A DNA stretch of 64,000 nt from Pedosphaera sp. (lineage in GTDB: Bacteria; Verrucomicrobiota; Verrucomicrobiia; Limisphaerales; SIBH01), in the NCBI GenBank assembly GCA_031414955.1, contig JANOQV010000012.1, forward strand, positions 34,750 through 98,749. The letters are read 5' to 3'. The notes under the pieces were generated by a model. It was not told the origin of the DNA, searched no databases, and worked only from the letters and a program-made list of their open reading frames with translations. Of this stretch, positions 20,858 through 30,986 are shown one piece after another; the stretch's first letter is position 1; each line of letters begins with the position of its first letter. The translations under genes were made by a program, and so were the position numbers.

Positions 20858-23800
20858 TCAAAAATTAAATTTCAGCCGGGCCACGTAAGTTCTTTCGCGC
20901 GGCAGTTCCGCCGTCAGGTTCAACGGACTCAGCCGGTAGTCTTCGCCCGTCAGGTTCAGCACGCCGACCCGGACTTCAAAGCGTCGCTGAAATCCGCGCC
21001 ATCCGGCATACAGATTGAACTGCCAGAACTCGTCGTCGGTCCCCGCCCCCGCTCCGCCGTTGATCTGACCGTTCCAAAGCGCCTCCGCCTGGGAGAAAAA
21101 GCCGGAGCGGTGATTGAAAATCGCGAAGAGATTCACCTGGTGCAACAAGGCGTCGCTCTTTGTGCGCGAATGAAAATCCAGGGCGGTCAGTGCGTTCCCG
21201 GGGATGTCTCTGAAGTGACTTTCCAGCTCGGCGTAGCTGACGCGGTAACGCACCCCGAGCGACCAGTCATCCGCGACGAGCTGGTTGAGGGTCAGCGCCA
21301 CGGTCCGCTCCTGGTAATCCAGACGCTGGCGCGTCGAGGATCGTGCGACTTGGAATGACGGCAGAAAATCATAGACCCCGAAGTCCCGCTCGAGCTCCGA
21401 TCGCAGCCATTCGCCGGACAGCCCGACATACGTGCCCTTCCCGAACCGCTGCTCGATCGACGCACCCCAGTTCTCGAAACTGGCCGCCGAGTTCGCGCCC
21501 GCAATCGACTCGGGAATAATGCTGCGAAACGCCTGGTTGAAGCCGGCCACCTGCGTCGGCTCCAGACGAAAGCTCTGGTCGAAGCCGACCCCGCCGAGGG
21601 ATTGCGAGTAGGCCGCGCGCAGCGTCGTGCGATCCGTCGGCGTCCAAATCAAACCGCCCTTGGGAGAAATTTGATCCGTCTCGTCTTCGCCCGCCCCGAG
21701 CGGCGCGTAACGAAAGTTCACCGGATAACGCAGCCAGTCATAACTCACTCCGGCCACCAGCAGGAGCGGCGTCACGGGACGCCAGTGGTAGTACCCGTAG
21801 CCGCTCGCACGCTCCATCTGCGAATCAACACTTTCGCGCCCGGTCGGAAACAGCGCCGAGACAAAACCCGGAATAGGCGGAGGGACTTGCGCATTCATCT
21901 GCTCGCTGCGCGTCTCGAACTGCCCGGCCTGGTACCGGCCACCGACAATGAAGGCGTGATTCTCAGTCTGCCAAAGCTGCTGCAACTCGGCCGTGAACAG
22001 CCCAAGGTCGGTGGCATACTTCTGCTCGATCAGGATCGGCACCGCGTCCGTCACCTTGCCGCCTGAGTCCTTGCCCAGCAGCAGGGTTTGTTGCTGGCCG
22101 TTCTTGACCATCATCTCGTCCTGCAACCAGCCGACGAGGGCCAGGGTGTGAACGCCGGGCGCCCACTTGTGTTGCCAGCCCGCCAGCAACAACGGCTCCT
22201 GCCGCTCCTCTACGCGCAAGGTGCGGTTGGCCGAGGCCGGATCCTGCCGGGTCAGCAGATCGCCGCCTTCGATTTCACTGCGCACCGCGTGGAAGTAAAG
22301 GCTGTCTTCGGGCGTGATCTGGTACTTGAGCTGCAAGGACAGTTCATTCTGCTCCAGGTCGTTGCTGGCGCGCTGGCCCTGGTCGGAATTGTAGAACGCG
22401 GACACCGCGTAGCTGAAATTTTCGACGCTTCCGTATTGCGCGCCGGACTGCCACCACGCGCCGCGACTGTAGTATTCCGTGCTCGAGGAAACGCCCAGTC
22501 CGTCGCGCTCGAAGAGCTTTGAGTATTCGTTCTGGGTGACCGACTGCGCGAGGGTGCCCGCGCCGATCGGCGCGAGCAGGTTGGCCAGCAGGTATTCGGT
22601 CACGGCGGCCGTCTCGAACCGCTGGCTGATGCGCGCGGGATCGCGCCGGCGCTCATACGTCTCCGCGAGAAACAGGTGCGTCGAGTAATTCGCGGGATCA
22701 GCTTCCACGGCCCGGCCCGCTTCGCGCGCACTCACCTCCAACATGCCGGCATCATCGTATAAGCCGGCCAGGTTCACGGCCTGCACGGCCAGATCCTGAT
22801 CCAGCGTCAGGCGCGGGCGAAAGACCCGCCGGTTCTCGTTCAATTCACGCGCGTGTTCCAGATCCCGCACGCCTTCGTTGATTCGGTTCACGTCCCGGTT
22901 CAGCAGGGCCGAGTAAAGCCACGCCGTCGGGTCGTTGGGATCGAGGCTCTGCGCGAGATGCAGTTCTTTGCGCGCGCGCAGGACATCACGTTCGTTGCTG
23001 AAGGCTTTGCCCAGGTAGCTGCGAAAAATCGCGCGCTGCGGTTCGACCGTTGCCGCCACTTGCAAATCCTCCCGGCCACCCGCGAGATCACCGCGACGGA
23101 TACGGCACAGGCCGCGTCCCAGCCAGGCGTTCCCCATCGCGCTGTTGAGCACGATGGCTTCGTCGAAGGCCGCGATGGCTTCCCGGGTGCGATTGTCCGC
23201 GGCGAACAGAAATCCCCGGAGCGCGACGGCGTGGGCGTTGCGCGGCGCCAGGGATAAACTTTTCTCCACGGCCTCGCGCGCTGGCGTCGTTCGCCCGAAA
23301 CTGAATTCCAATTCGGCCACCCGCGCCCAGGCAAAACTGAAACCGGGCGACACCCCGGTGGCACGCCGCGCGAATTCCAGCGCCTCCTTCAGTTCGCCGC
23401 GCGACTGCGCGAAATACGATTCCGCGAGCAGCTTTGTGGCGGTCCCGGCTGCGCCTTGCTCCCTCTCCTGGGGGAGAGGGCCGGGGTGAGGGCGCAATTG
23501 AATCGCGGCCATGACCGTGCGCAGCGCCCGCGCTATCGACGCCGCTGGGCTGTTCACATCGGGAATCGTATTGAGAGCAGCCTGCGCCAGCCCGACCTCG
23601 CCGACCGCGAGGTCCAGCGCGGCCAGATAAACTTTCTCCGCATCCGAGGCGGGCTGACGGTTCGCCGGATAATTCGTCACCGCCGCGATCAAGTCGCCGC
23701 TGCGATACGCCGCCAGCGACGCCTCCAACGCCTGCGCCTCCGCTGGCGTGAGCGGCAGCTCCTCCAAATCCAAAACGCCGGGGTAATACAGCACCCATTG

Positions 23801-24667
23801 AATCACGTTCACCGCTTCGAGAGCGGGCACCTTGACTGGAGCAGAGTTCACTTGCGCCGTGGCCGCTTCGCCATTCGTCAGCGTGAGCGGCGGCCCAAAC
23901 TGATTCGTCATCACGAGGCTGCCGTCGATCAGCGTCACCCGCGTGGCGTCATTGTCATCCACCTCGATCACGAATTCCGTGCCGAGAATGGCCGCGTAGG
24001 CGGAAGGTGTCTGCACCGGCAACGTGCCCGGCTCGTCGCGGTGAAAGTAGTAGAGCAGGCCGCGCAGCAACTGGACGCCGCCGCCCTTCTCCTCGGGAAT
24101 GCGAACGAAGCTCAGCGGACCGAGGCGCAGCGTGCTGTGATCGGAGAGTTGCACCACGGCGCGGCTGCGTTCCATCGTGCGCAGACTGTCCCCGGGGAAC
24201 AGCACCTGATTGGTGTAGCCCGGATCCCGGGCCGGGGAGTTGCCGCGCGAGACGAATATTTTCCCTTCAAAGCCCAGCAGCACCGCCTCCGTTTTCTGCG
24301 CCGCGCCCGCCGTGGTTCCGATCCCGCCCAGGACGATGGCCCACAGCGCCAGCGCGAAGCCAATGTAACGCCGCGTTATTCTCCCTCTCCCCTCACCGGG
24401 GAGAGGGCCGGGGTGAGGGGTGAGAATGGCAGTGGGCGGTGGTTGGCAAACGACAGTGCTCGGACGATCCCACCCCTCACCCTCAATCCCTCTCCCCGTT
24501 GAGGAGAGAGGGAAGCCCGCCACGGACGCGCTCTTCATGGAAAGAGAGCCATCCTCCTGAGTGTGCGGCAAGCTGCGCCGGCTTTCGCCGCGAGCCTCCC
24601 CAGCCGCGCCAACACTTCTGCTCCGCTGTTTCGAGGAAGGTTCAAGTTCACATTTCATGCGTGTCAT
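20858..24667 (-). CDS. FecR + TPR + TonB-dependent-receptor-like beta-barrel outer-membrane protein; start uncertain
   Basis: GDSLRT..SRA, VQTPSAYAAILGTEF FecR; TPR helices; beta-strand-rich C-terminus ending NLTGEDY..LKFNF. Confidence 0.85.
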   Translation of the reverse strand: MTRMKCELEPSSKQRSRSVGAAGEARGESRRSLPHTQEDGSLSMKSASVAGFPLSSTGRGIEGEGWDRPSTVVCQPPPTAILTPHPGPLPGEGRGRITRRYIGFALALWAIVLGGIGTTAGAAQKTEAVLLGFEGKIFVSRGNSPARDPGYTNQVLFPGDSLRTMERSRAVVQLSDHSTLRLGPLSFVRIPEEKGGGVQLLRGLLYYFHRDEPGTLPVQTPSAYAAILGTEFVIEVDDNDATRVTLIDGSLVMTNQFGPPLTLTNGEAATAQVNSAPVKVPALEAVNVIQWVLYYPGVLDLEELPLTPAEAQALEASLAAYRSGDLIAAVTNYPANRQPASDAEKVYLAALDLAVGEVGLAQAALNTIPDVNSPAASIARALRTVMAAIQLRPHPGPLPQEREQGAAGTATKLLAESYFAQSRGELKEALEFARRATGVSPGFSFAWARVAELEFSFGRTTPAREAVEKSLSLAPRNAHAVALRGFLFAADNRTREAIAAFDEAIVLNSAMGNAWLGRGLCRIRRGDLAGGREDLQVAATVEPQRAIFRSYLGKAFSNERDVLRARKELHLAQSLDPNDPTAWLYSALLNRDVNRINEGVRDLEHARELNENRRVFRPRLTLDQDLAVQAVNLAGLYDDAGMLEVSAREAGRAVEADPANYSTHLFLAETYERRRDPARISQRFETAAVTEYLLANLLAPIGAGTLAQSVTQNEYSKLFERDGLGVSSSTEYYSRGAWWQSGAQYGSVENFSYAVSAFYNSDQGQRASNDLEQNELSLQLKYQITPEDSLYFHAVRSEIEGGDLLTRQDPASANRTLRVEERQEPLLLAGWQHKWAPGVHTLALVGWLQDEMMVKNGQQQTLLLGKDSGGKVTDAVPILIEQKYATDLGLFTAELQQLWQTENHAFIVGGRYQAGQFETRSEQMNAQVPPPIPGFVSALFPTGRESVDSQMERASGYGYYHWRPVTPLLLVAGVSYDWLRYPVNFRYAPLGAGEDETDQISPKGGLIWTPTDRTTLRAAYSQSLGGVGFDQSFRLEPTQVAGFNQAFRSIIPESIAGANSAASFENWGASIEQRFGKGTYVGLSGEWLRSELERDFGVYDFLPSFQVARSSTRQRLDYQERTVALTLNQLVADDWSLGVRYRVSYAELESHFRDIPGNALTALDFHSRTKSDALLHQVNLFAIFNHRSGFFSQAEALWNGQINGGAGAGTDDEFWQFNLYAGWRGFQRRFEVRVGVLNLTGEDYRLSPLNLTAELPRERTYVARLKFNF

Positions 24668-24673
24668 CTCGCC

Positions 24674-24710
24674 AGGGATACGTATGGGACCCGTCGAGTT
24701 TTAATCTTTC
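24674..24710 (-). promoter_or_regulatory. Candidate ECF promoter for the receptor-kinase-sigma operon
   Basis: Minus strand AAAGATTAAAAC...CGTATCCCT about 10 nt before ATG 24667; resembles motif at 25096, 31294 and 38420. Confidence 0.45.
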
Positions 24711-24721
24711 TGCAACTTTGT

Positions 24722-25290
24722 GAAGATTTTTTCAAAAAGGCCCGGCCGGTTGCGTGTTCATGCCAGTGCAGGCAGCCGCGCAAATTGTTTTCAGCCGCTC
24801 TGGTCCACCGCCGAGACGGGAAGAGCGCAGAGGTTTTCCGGCCGGGATCTCTGTACTGCAATCCATCCGAATCCTCGTGCGCCGCGAGGATTTCTGCCCG
24901 CCTGATCCACCGCCGAGGCGGGAAGGGCGCAGAGACAGCGCGTTCGGAAAGCTCTGCCCCCTTCCCGCCTCTGCGGTGGATCAGCCCGTTCCCTTTGGTT
25001 GCGGCTCCGCCGCGCTGTGTCCTTCCCGTCTCTGTGGTGCCACCGGGTGGATCGTTTGGTTGCGGCTTGGCCGCTCCGTGTCCAGCCGTGGTTAAAAGAT
25101 ATTTTCAAAAAGGCCCGGCCCGTTGCGTATTGCTCTGTAGAGATGGACAGGATGTGTTATGACAGGACCCGAATTGCCCAGGTCATCCGGCGACGAGGCG
25201 CAGCTTTGTCCGCGAATGACACCCCGGCGGCTACTTGACGAATGAAATTTTGCTTCACAGTTTGCGGTGATCCAAGGCGGCGGTGGCGTG
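24722..25290 (+). repeat. Leader region duplicated at about 31122-31480, with internal palindromic repeats
   Basis: 24722-24845 matches 31122-31243; 25096-25290 matches 31294-31480. Confidence 0.9.
25096..25130 (+). promoter_or_regulatory. Candidate ECF promoter (AAGAT-TTTTCAAA-N-GCGTAT)
   Basis: 35-nt motif recurring at 24723, 25096, 31123, 31294 and diverged at 38420. Confidence 0.5.
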
Positions 25291-28200
25291 GCCCTGCGGC
25301 CCTGCGGCGGTGGCGGCTTCTTCTGCTGCTGGGGTCCGCGCTCCTCCTCCTGTGCGCCTGGCTCGGAATGGGCACCGCTTATGCCGCTACTCCCGGCGCG
25401 GTGCTGGGGTGGGGAATCTCCTCCCAAAGTTACATGCCCCTCGCGACGCAGAGTGGGGTGGTGGCCGTTGCGGCGGGACAGTATCGCGCGGTGGCCTTGA
25501 AGACCGACGGGAGCTTGCTGGCGTGGACACCCTTCGCCTACGAGGTAACGACCGTGCCCGTGGAGGCGCAGAGCGGGGTGATGGCCATTGCAGCGGGAGG
25601 GGATAACATCGTGGCCTTGAAGACCAACGGGAGCGTGCTGGAGTGGCTGGTGTGGGGAGACAACTGGTCCGTCCAAACGGTGCCCGTGGAGGCGCAGAGC
25701 GGGGTGACGGCCATTGCAGCGGGAAGCTTTCACGCCGCGGCCTTGAAGACCAACGGGAGCGTGGTGGCGTGGGGATCCACCGTCCACGGCCAAACGACGG
25801 TACCGGTCACGGCGCAGAGCGGAGTGATAGCGATTGCAGCGGGAGGTTCTCACACCGTGGCCTTGAAGTATGACGGGAGCGTGGTGGCGTGGGGTTATAA
25901 CGCCTACGGCCAAACCAATGTGCCCGTGGCCGCGCAAAGCGGGGTGGCGGCCATTGCGGCGGGAAAATATCACACCGTAGCCTTGAAGTATGACGGGAGC
26001 GTGGTGGCGTGGGGAGACAACGGCTTCGGCCAAACGACGGTGCCCGCGGCGGCGCAGAGTGGAGTGATGGCCATTGCAGCCGGATACGGACACACCGTGG
26101 CCTTGAAGACCAACGGGAGCGTGCTGGCGTGGGGAGACAACTGGGCCGGCCAAACGACGGTGCCCGTGGCGGCGCAGAGTGGAGTGACGGCGATCGCGGC
26201 GGGAGAGGGACATACCGTGGCGCTCGTCATCCCGACTCCCCCCACCATCACCACTCAACCCGTGAGCCTGACGGTGAACGCGGGGCAGAGCGCGAGCTTC
26301 ACCGTGGTGGCCACGGGTTTTCCCTTGAACTACCAATGGTTCAAGGACGGAACCAATCTCAACGGGGTAACGAGCCACGGCCACGGCTTGGACCACGCAT
26401 CGTTCAATGACGCGGGAAGCTACACCGTGGTGGTGACCAACTCTGTCGGGAGCGTGACGAGCGCGCCACCGGCGGTGCTGACGGTGAACGCGGCGCTTCC
26501 CGGCGCGGTGGTGGAGTGGGGAGTCAACTTCTCGGGCCAAGTGAATGTGCCTGTGGCGGCGCAGAGCGGGGTGACCGCCATTGCGGCGGGAGAGTATCAC
26601 ACGGTGGCCTTGAAGACCGACGGGAGCGTGCTGGCGTGGGGACAAAACGACGTTGGCCAAACGACCATTCCCGTTGAGGCCCAGAGCGGGGTGATGGCCA
26701 TCGCCGCGGGAGAGATACATACCGTGGCGCTGAAGAATGACGGAAGCGTGGTGGCGTGGGGAGACAACGCGGAAGACCAAACGACCGTGCCCCTGGCGGC
26801 CCAGAGTGGAGTGACGGCCATTGCGGCGGGAGCATATCACACCGTGGCCTTAAAGAACGACGGAAGCGTGGTGGCCTGGGGATACGCCGGCATCGTAACG
26901 ACGGTGCCCGTGATGGCGCAGAGCGGGGTGACGGCCATCGCGGCGGGAGGCTATCACACCGTCGCCTTGAAGAATGACGGAAGCGTGGTGGCGTGGGGAG
27001 ACAACTGGGCTGGCCAAACGATCGTGCCCGTTGCAGCGCAGAGCGGGGTGATGGCCGTTGCGGCAGGAAACTCCCACACCGTGGCCTTGAAGACTGACGG
27101 GAGCGTGCTGGCGTGGGGAGACGGCTCTTACGGCCAAATGAATGTGCCTGTGCCGGCACAAAGCGGAGTGACGGCCATTGCGGCGGGATATGGCCACACC
27201 GTGGCCTTGAAGAACGACGGGAGCGTGATGGTCTGGGGCCGCAACGACTACGGCCAAGCAACGGTGCCCGTGGCGGCGCAGAGCAGAGTGACGGCCATTG
27301 CGGCGAGAGGTGGTCACACCGTGGCGCTGCTCGGAGATGGGAGGCCGGTGGTGACCGTGCCACCGGTGGAACAAACCGCGCTCCTCGGTAACACCTTCCG
27401 CCTGGCGGCCATGGTCGTGGGCAACGGGCCGTTGTTTTATCAGTGGCGCTTCAACGGAGTGGACATCGCCGGAGCGACCAATGCCCTGCTCGAACTTCTC
27501 AACGTGCAAACCAATCAGGCGGGTGGTTACACGTTCGTCGTGACCAATGCCCTCGGCGCGGTAACGGGCGCGGTGGCGCAAGTGACAGTTCTCGTTCCGG
27601 CGCACGTTGATCCCTTGCCGCCGAGCACCACGGTGTTGCTTGGCTCCAACGTGACGCTGTCTGCGAATGCGGAGGGCACGCCGCCGCTGCGGTATCAGTG
27701 GCGCAAGAACGGGGCGAACATTCCGGGAGCCACGAACAGCAACTACACCATCACCAACGTCCAGGTCAGCGATGGCGGCGCGTACACGGTGGTGGTGCAG
27801 AACGATTACGGCACAGCCACCAGCGACCCGACGCTGCTCATCGTCCAAGTGCCGCCCCAGGCTCCGGGCGATAATTTCGCCAACCGAGTCGCGATCATCG
27901 GCACCAACGGGGTGGTCGGGGGCACGAACCGTTTCGCGACCAAGGAAGCGGGCGAACCCAACCACGGCGGCAAGGCGGGCAGCAATTCAGTCTGGTACAC
28001 CTGGCAGGCGCCGAGCAACGGCATCGCCACCTTCCGCACCCAGGGCAGCGTGTTCGACACCCTGCTCGGCGTTTACACCGGCGGCACCGTTTCCAATCTC
28101 ACGACGGTCGCCAGCGACGAAGATCTCGGCGGCTTCTTCACCAGCGAAGTGCAGTTCAACGCCGTGGCCGGAACCGACTACCAGATCGCCGTCGATGGCT

Positions 28201-29450
28201 TCGCCGGGGGACAGGGCGAGTTCATCCTGGGCTGGGATCTGGAGATCACCAGCGACACCCTGCCCGTGATCACCACCCAACCACTTAGCCGGGCCGTGTT
28301 GATCGATTCAGACGTGACGTTCAACGTGTCTGCTACGGGAACCGGCCTGACCTACCAATGGTTCTTCAACGGCTCCGCCCTCTCCGGCGCAACCAACACC
28401 GCCCTCACCCGCAGCAGCGTGCAAGCGGCGGATGTCGGCTACTACACCGTGCGCGTGCGCAACAGCGTGGGACGTGAAGTGGACAGTCTGGCCGCAGCCT
28501 TGGAACTGGTGAGCGAGCTGCGGCCACTCTCCCAGGATAAGTTCGAGGATCTACTGTCGCCGCCGGTCCCGGATCGTTACCCGCCCAAGGGCGGCTCCTC
28601 GTTCACCGTGTCGCTGGGGACGATCGATTATCAGATCGTGAGCAACGTGCGTTCGACGACCGATCTGGGCGAGCCGACCCCGTGCGACGTGATCGGCGGG
28701 GCCAGCCAGTGGATCACCCTGCGCGGGACGAGCAATGGGGTGTTCCGCATCGACACCATCGGCAGCGCCATCAACACGGTGCTGACGGTCTATCGCTCGA
28801 CCAACCTACTTTACCTCCACACGGCGCAAGTGGCCTGCGACGACAATGGCGCGCCGGACGGTGTGCGCAGCCTGCTCTGGTTCAATGCCACCGCCAACAC
28901 CGATTACCTGGTGGTGGTGGACGGCGTGAACTCCGCGCGCGGCACCATCCACATCAACTGGGCCTTCGGCCTGCCGCCCTCAGCAGCAACCAACAGCCTG
29001 CCGCCGCGCCACGCTTTTCTGCCCGGCCAGAGCCTGACGCTGCGCTCACCGGCGACCAACGGCCTTCCCCCGCCGCGTTTCCAGTGGCTTTGGAACGGCA
29101 GCCCGATCGTCGGTGCGACCAATGCGCTGCTCACCCTGACCAACCTGCAATCGGCCCAGGTCGGTTTCTACACTGTGGTAGTCAGCAATGCCCTGGGCAT
29201 ACTGACCTACGCGACCGACCTCAGCCTGGAGGTGCCCACCTTCCAGGCCGAACTCACGCTGACCAACAAGACGCTGCGCCTCTGGCTGCCCACTACGACT
29301 AATCAAATCACCATCGTGGAAACTTCCACCAACCTCCTGAACTGGACGCCGGTGTACTTTTACGCGCCGCCCCAGAACAACTACTTCGACCTCTCCATCA
29401 CCAACGCCGCCCAGCAGTTCTTCCGCACGCGTTCGATCACCGGGCCGTAA
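25242..29450 (+). CDS. Secreted RCC1-repeat (2 propellers) / Ig-like domain surface protein
   Basis: Signal peptide; 2x7 repeats AIAAG-xx-HTVALK.DGSVVAWG; Ig domains (YQW.KNG..I.GAT, DGGAYTVVV); PPC-like NDNF/SVWY/FDTLL domain. Confidence 0.9.
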   Translation: MKFCFTVCGDPRRRWRGPAALRRWRLLLLLGSALLLLCAWLGMGTAYAATPGAVLGWGISSQSYMPLATQSGVVAVAAGQYRAVALKTDGSLLAWTPFAYEVTTVPVEAQSGVMAIAAGGDNIVALKTNGSVLEWLVWGDNWSVQTVPVEAQSGVTAIAAGSFHAAALKTNGSVVAWGSTVHGQTTVPVTAQSGVIAIAAGGSHTVALKYDGSVVAWGYNAYGQTNVPVAAQSGVAAIAAGKYHTVALKYDGSVVAWGDNGFGQTTVPAAAQSGVMAIAAGYGHTVALKTNGSVLAWGDNWAGQTTVPVAAQSGVTAIAAGEGHTVALVIPTPPTITTQPVSLTVNAGQSASFTVVATGFPLNYQWFKDGTNLNGVTSHGHGLDHASFNDAGSYTVVVTNSVGSVTSAPPAVLTVNAALPGAVVEWGVNFSGQVNVPVAAQSGVTAIAAGEYHTVALKTDGSVLAWGQNDVGQTTIPVEAQSGVMAIAAGEIHTVALKNDGSVVAWGDNAEDQTTVPLAAQSGVTAIAAGAYHTVALKNDGSVVAWGYAGIVTTVPVMAQSGVTAIAAGGYHTVALKNDGSVVAWGDNWAGQTIVPVAAQSGVMAVAAGNSHTVALKTDGSVLAWGDGSYGQMNVPVPAQSGVTAIAAGYGHTVALKNDGSVMVWGRNDYGQATVPVAAQSRVTAIAARGGHTVALLGDGRPVVTVPPVEQTALLGNTFRLAAMVVGNGPLFYQWRFNGVDIAGATNALLELLNVQTNQAGGYTFVVTNALGAVTGAVAQVTVLVPAHVDPLPPSTTVLLGSNVTLSANAEGTPPLRYQWRKNGANIPGATNSNYTITNVQVSDGGAYTVVVQNDYGTATSDPTLLIVQVPPQAPGDNFANRVAIIGTNGVVGGTNRFATKEAGEPNHGGKAGSNSVWYTWQAPSNGIATFRTQGSVFDTLLGVYTGGTVSNLTTVASDEDLGGFFTSEVQFNAVAGTDYQIAVDGFAGGQGEFILGWDLEITSDTLPVITTQPLSRAVLIDSDVTFNVSATGTGLTYQWFFNGSALSGATNTALTRSSVQAADVGYYTVRVRNSVGREVDSLAAALELVSELRPLSQDKFEDLLSPPVPDRYPPKGGSSFTVSLGTIDYQIVSNVRSTTDLGEPTPCDVIGGASQWITLRGTSNGVFRIDTIGSAINTVLTVYRSTNLLYLHTAQVACDDNGAPDGVRSLLWFNATANTDYLVVVDGVNSARGTIHINWAFGLPPSAATNSLPPRHAFLPGQSLTLRSPATNGLPPPRFQWLWNGSPIVGATNALLTLTNLQSAQVGFYTVVVSNALGILTYATDLSLEVPTFQAELTLTNKTLRLWLPTTTNQITIVETSTNLLNWTPVYFYAPPQNNYFDLSITNAAQQFFRTRSITGP

Positions 29451-29569
29451 CGCCGACATTCGTGTCGGCCGGTCAAGACGCTTTCCAGCGTCGCCCCGCC
29501 AGTTGAGTTGGCCGGTGGCGTTGGCCTCCGCGGTGCCTCCAAGCCCTGTCCGACCTCCCGCCGCCCCAT

Positions 29570-29895
29570 GCTTCGCGCGAGCGTCTTGGAGTGCGGTAGC
29601 CCTCTACCGCTTTCCCCCTGACGGGGGATGAGTCCGAGAGCGAAGTTCTGCCCGCCGTCCTTTTCACACGCGCGGTCAAAGCGCCAGAGGACTGGCGCAC
29701 TCCAAGCCCTGGCGGCCCTCCCAGCGCCCCGTGCTTCGCGGAGCGTCTTGGACTGCAGTAGCCCTCTACCGCTTTTCGTTCGCAGTGCGCCGCGCCCACG
29801 ACAAATCCCGCGCCTACTTCCTTCCCCCGCCCGCCGCCAAGGCGCCACGGCCCTCTCACCTCCATCGCTCGTAGCAGCCGACGTCAGGAGGCTCC
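29570..29895. repeat. Cluster of REP-like palindromic elements
   Basis: GAGCGTCTTGGA(G/C)TGC(G/A)GTAGCCCTCTACCGCTTT at about 29579 and 29741, inverted relative at about 29678, GTAGCAGCCGACGTCAGGAGGCT at about 29871. Confidence 0.7.
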
Positions 29896-29929
29896 GATCC
29901 ATTTCCCCTTTCTGCTTTTCCAGACGCCC

Positions 29930-29957
29930 TTGACAATCTGGTGTCAAAGTGGCACCA
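29930..29957 (+). promoter_or_regulatory. TA operon -35 box overlapped by inverted repeats (probable autoregulatory operator)
   Basis: TTGACA-N6-TGTCAA and TGGTGTCA-AAG-TGGCACCA just upstream of ATG 29965. Confidence 0.6.
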
Positions 29958-29964
29958 AGCTGGA

Positions 29965-30249
29965 ATGGAACATGTCATCGAACAGCCTCGCAAGCGGATC
30001 ACGGCCCGCGTTTCGGACACGGTGCGCGTGACGCTGGAACAGGCGGCGGAGCTTTTGGGTTCGACCGTCAACCAGTTCGTCGTGCAAACGGCGTATCAGG
30101 AAGCGCAGCGCGTGGTGGAGCGTGAGACGGTCATCCGGCTGTCGCAGAAAGACGCGCGGAAGGTTCTTTCCCTGCTCGACCATCCGCCCAAACCCAACCA
30201 GCGTCTCAAGGACGCGGTAAAAGAATTCAAAGGCACGGTGCGTGCGTAA
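29965..30249 (+). CDS. DUF1778 RHH antitoxin (TacA/AtaR-like)
   Basis: RITARV...LEQAA.L.G.TVNQFV...A..EA..V, IRLS..D, LDHPPKPNQRL. Confidence 0.9.
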   Translation: MEHVIEQPRKRITARVSDTVRVTLEQAAELLGSTVNQFVVQTAYQEAQRVVERETVIRLSQKDARKVLSLLDHPPKPNQRLKDAVKEFKGTVRA

Positions 30250-30754
30250 AATCGAACGGCTGGCCAAGTCTCACGACCGGGACGGATTCGACTGCGGGAG
30301 TGAACCGCTCAATCTGTTTCTGAGGCAAACCGCACGCCAACACGCGGAACGGGGAATCTCGCGGACCTTCGTTCTCGTGGACGGGGACGCTGCCGCACCC
30401 AAACCCATTTTGGGTTTCTTCTCCCTCAACATCTGTCAGATAAAATCGGAATCCCTTTCAGCGGAAGAAGCGAAGAAGCTGCCGCGTGACGTGTCCGGGA
30501 TAAGGCTTGGCCGGCTGGCCGTCTCGAAAGCATTCCAGCGGCAAGGCATCGGGAAAACCCTGCTGGTCGCGGCCATGGGGAAATTCATCGAGATTTTCAA
30601 CACGGCGGGCGGGATTGGACTTTTCGTGGACGCGAAAGACCAGGAAGCCAAACGCTACTACGAGCAATTTGGTTTTGTTTCCCTGCCGTCGAACGAATTG
30701 GAACTGTTCCTGCCGGTCAAAACGATTCAAGAGGCATGGACCTCGCACCCGTAA
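30242..30754 (+). CDS. GNAT acetyltransferase toxin (TacT/AtaT-like)
   Basis: HDRDGFDCG..PLN.FL, LGRLAV...QRQGIG..L, VDAK...A..YY..FGF; overlaps antitoxin stop. Confidence 0.9.
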   Translation: MRKIERLAKSHDRDGFDCGSEPLNLFLRQTARQHAERGISRTFVLVDGDAAAPKPILGFFSLNICQIKSESLSAEEAKKLPRDVSGIRLGRLAVSKAFQRQGIGKTLLVAAMGKFIEIFNTAGGIGLFVDAKDQEAKRYYEQFGFVSLPSNELELFLPVKTIQEAWTSHP

Positions 30755-30986
30755 GGCGACGGGGCAGAGGTGACGGACCTTTGGCGTGGGGGGCTGGGGA
30801 CGGCGCAAGTACCCAAGGAAAGAAAAAGGCGGTCGAGTCGCTATGCCCCGGCCGCGTGCTTTACCGGCGATCCATCCTGGTCTGGCACCATCACGGTGAT
30901 GGCGGGTTGTGGGTCGTTGCTGGCGAGCGTCCCGCCAGTGGCGATGAGTTTCAGCAGCCGTGAACTGTGGTCGGGGGAAAGCTCCC

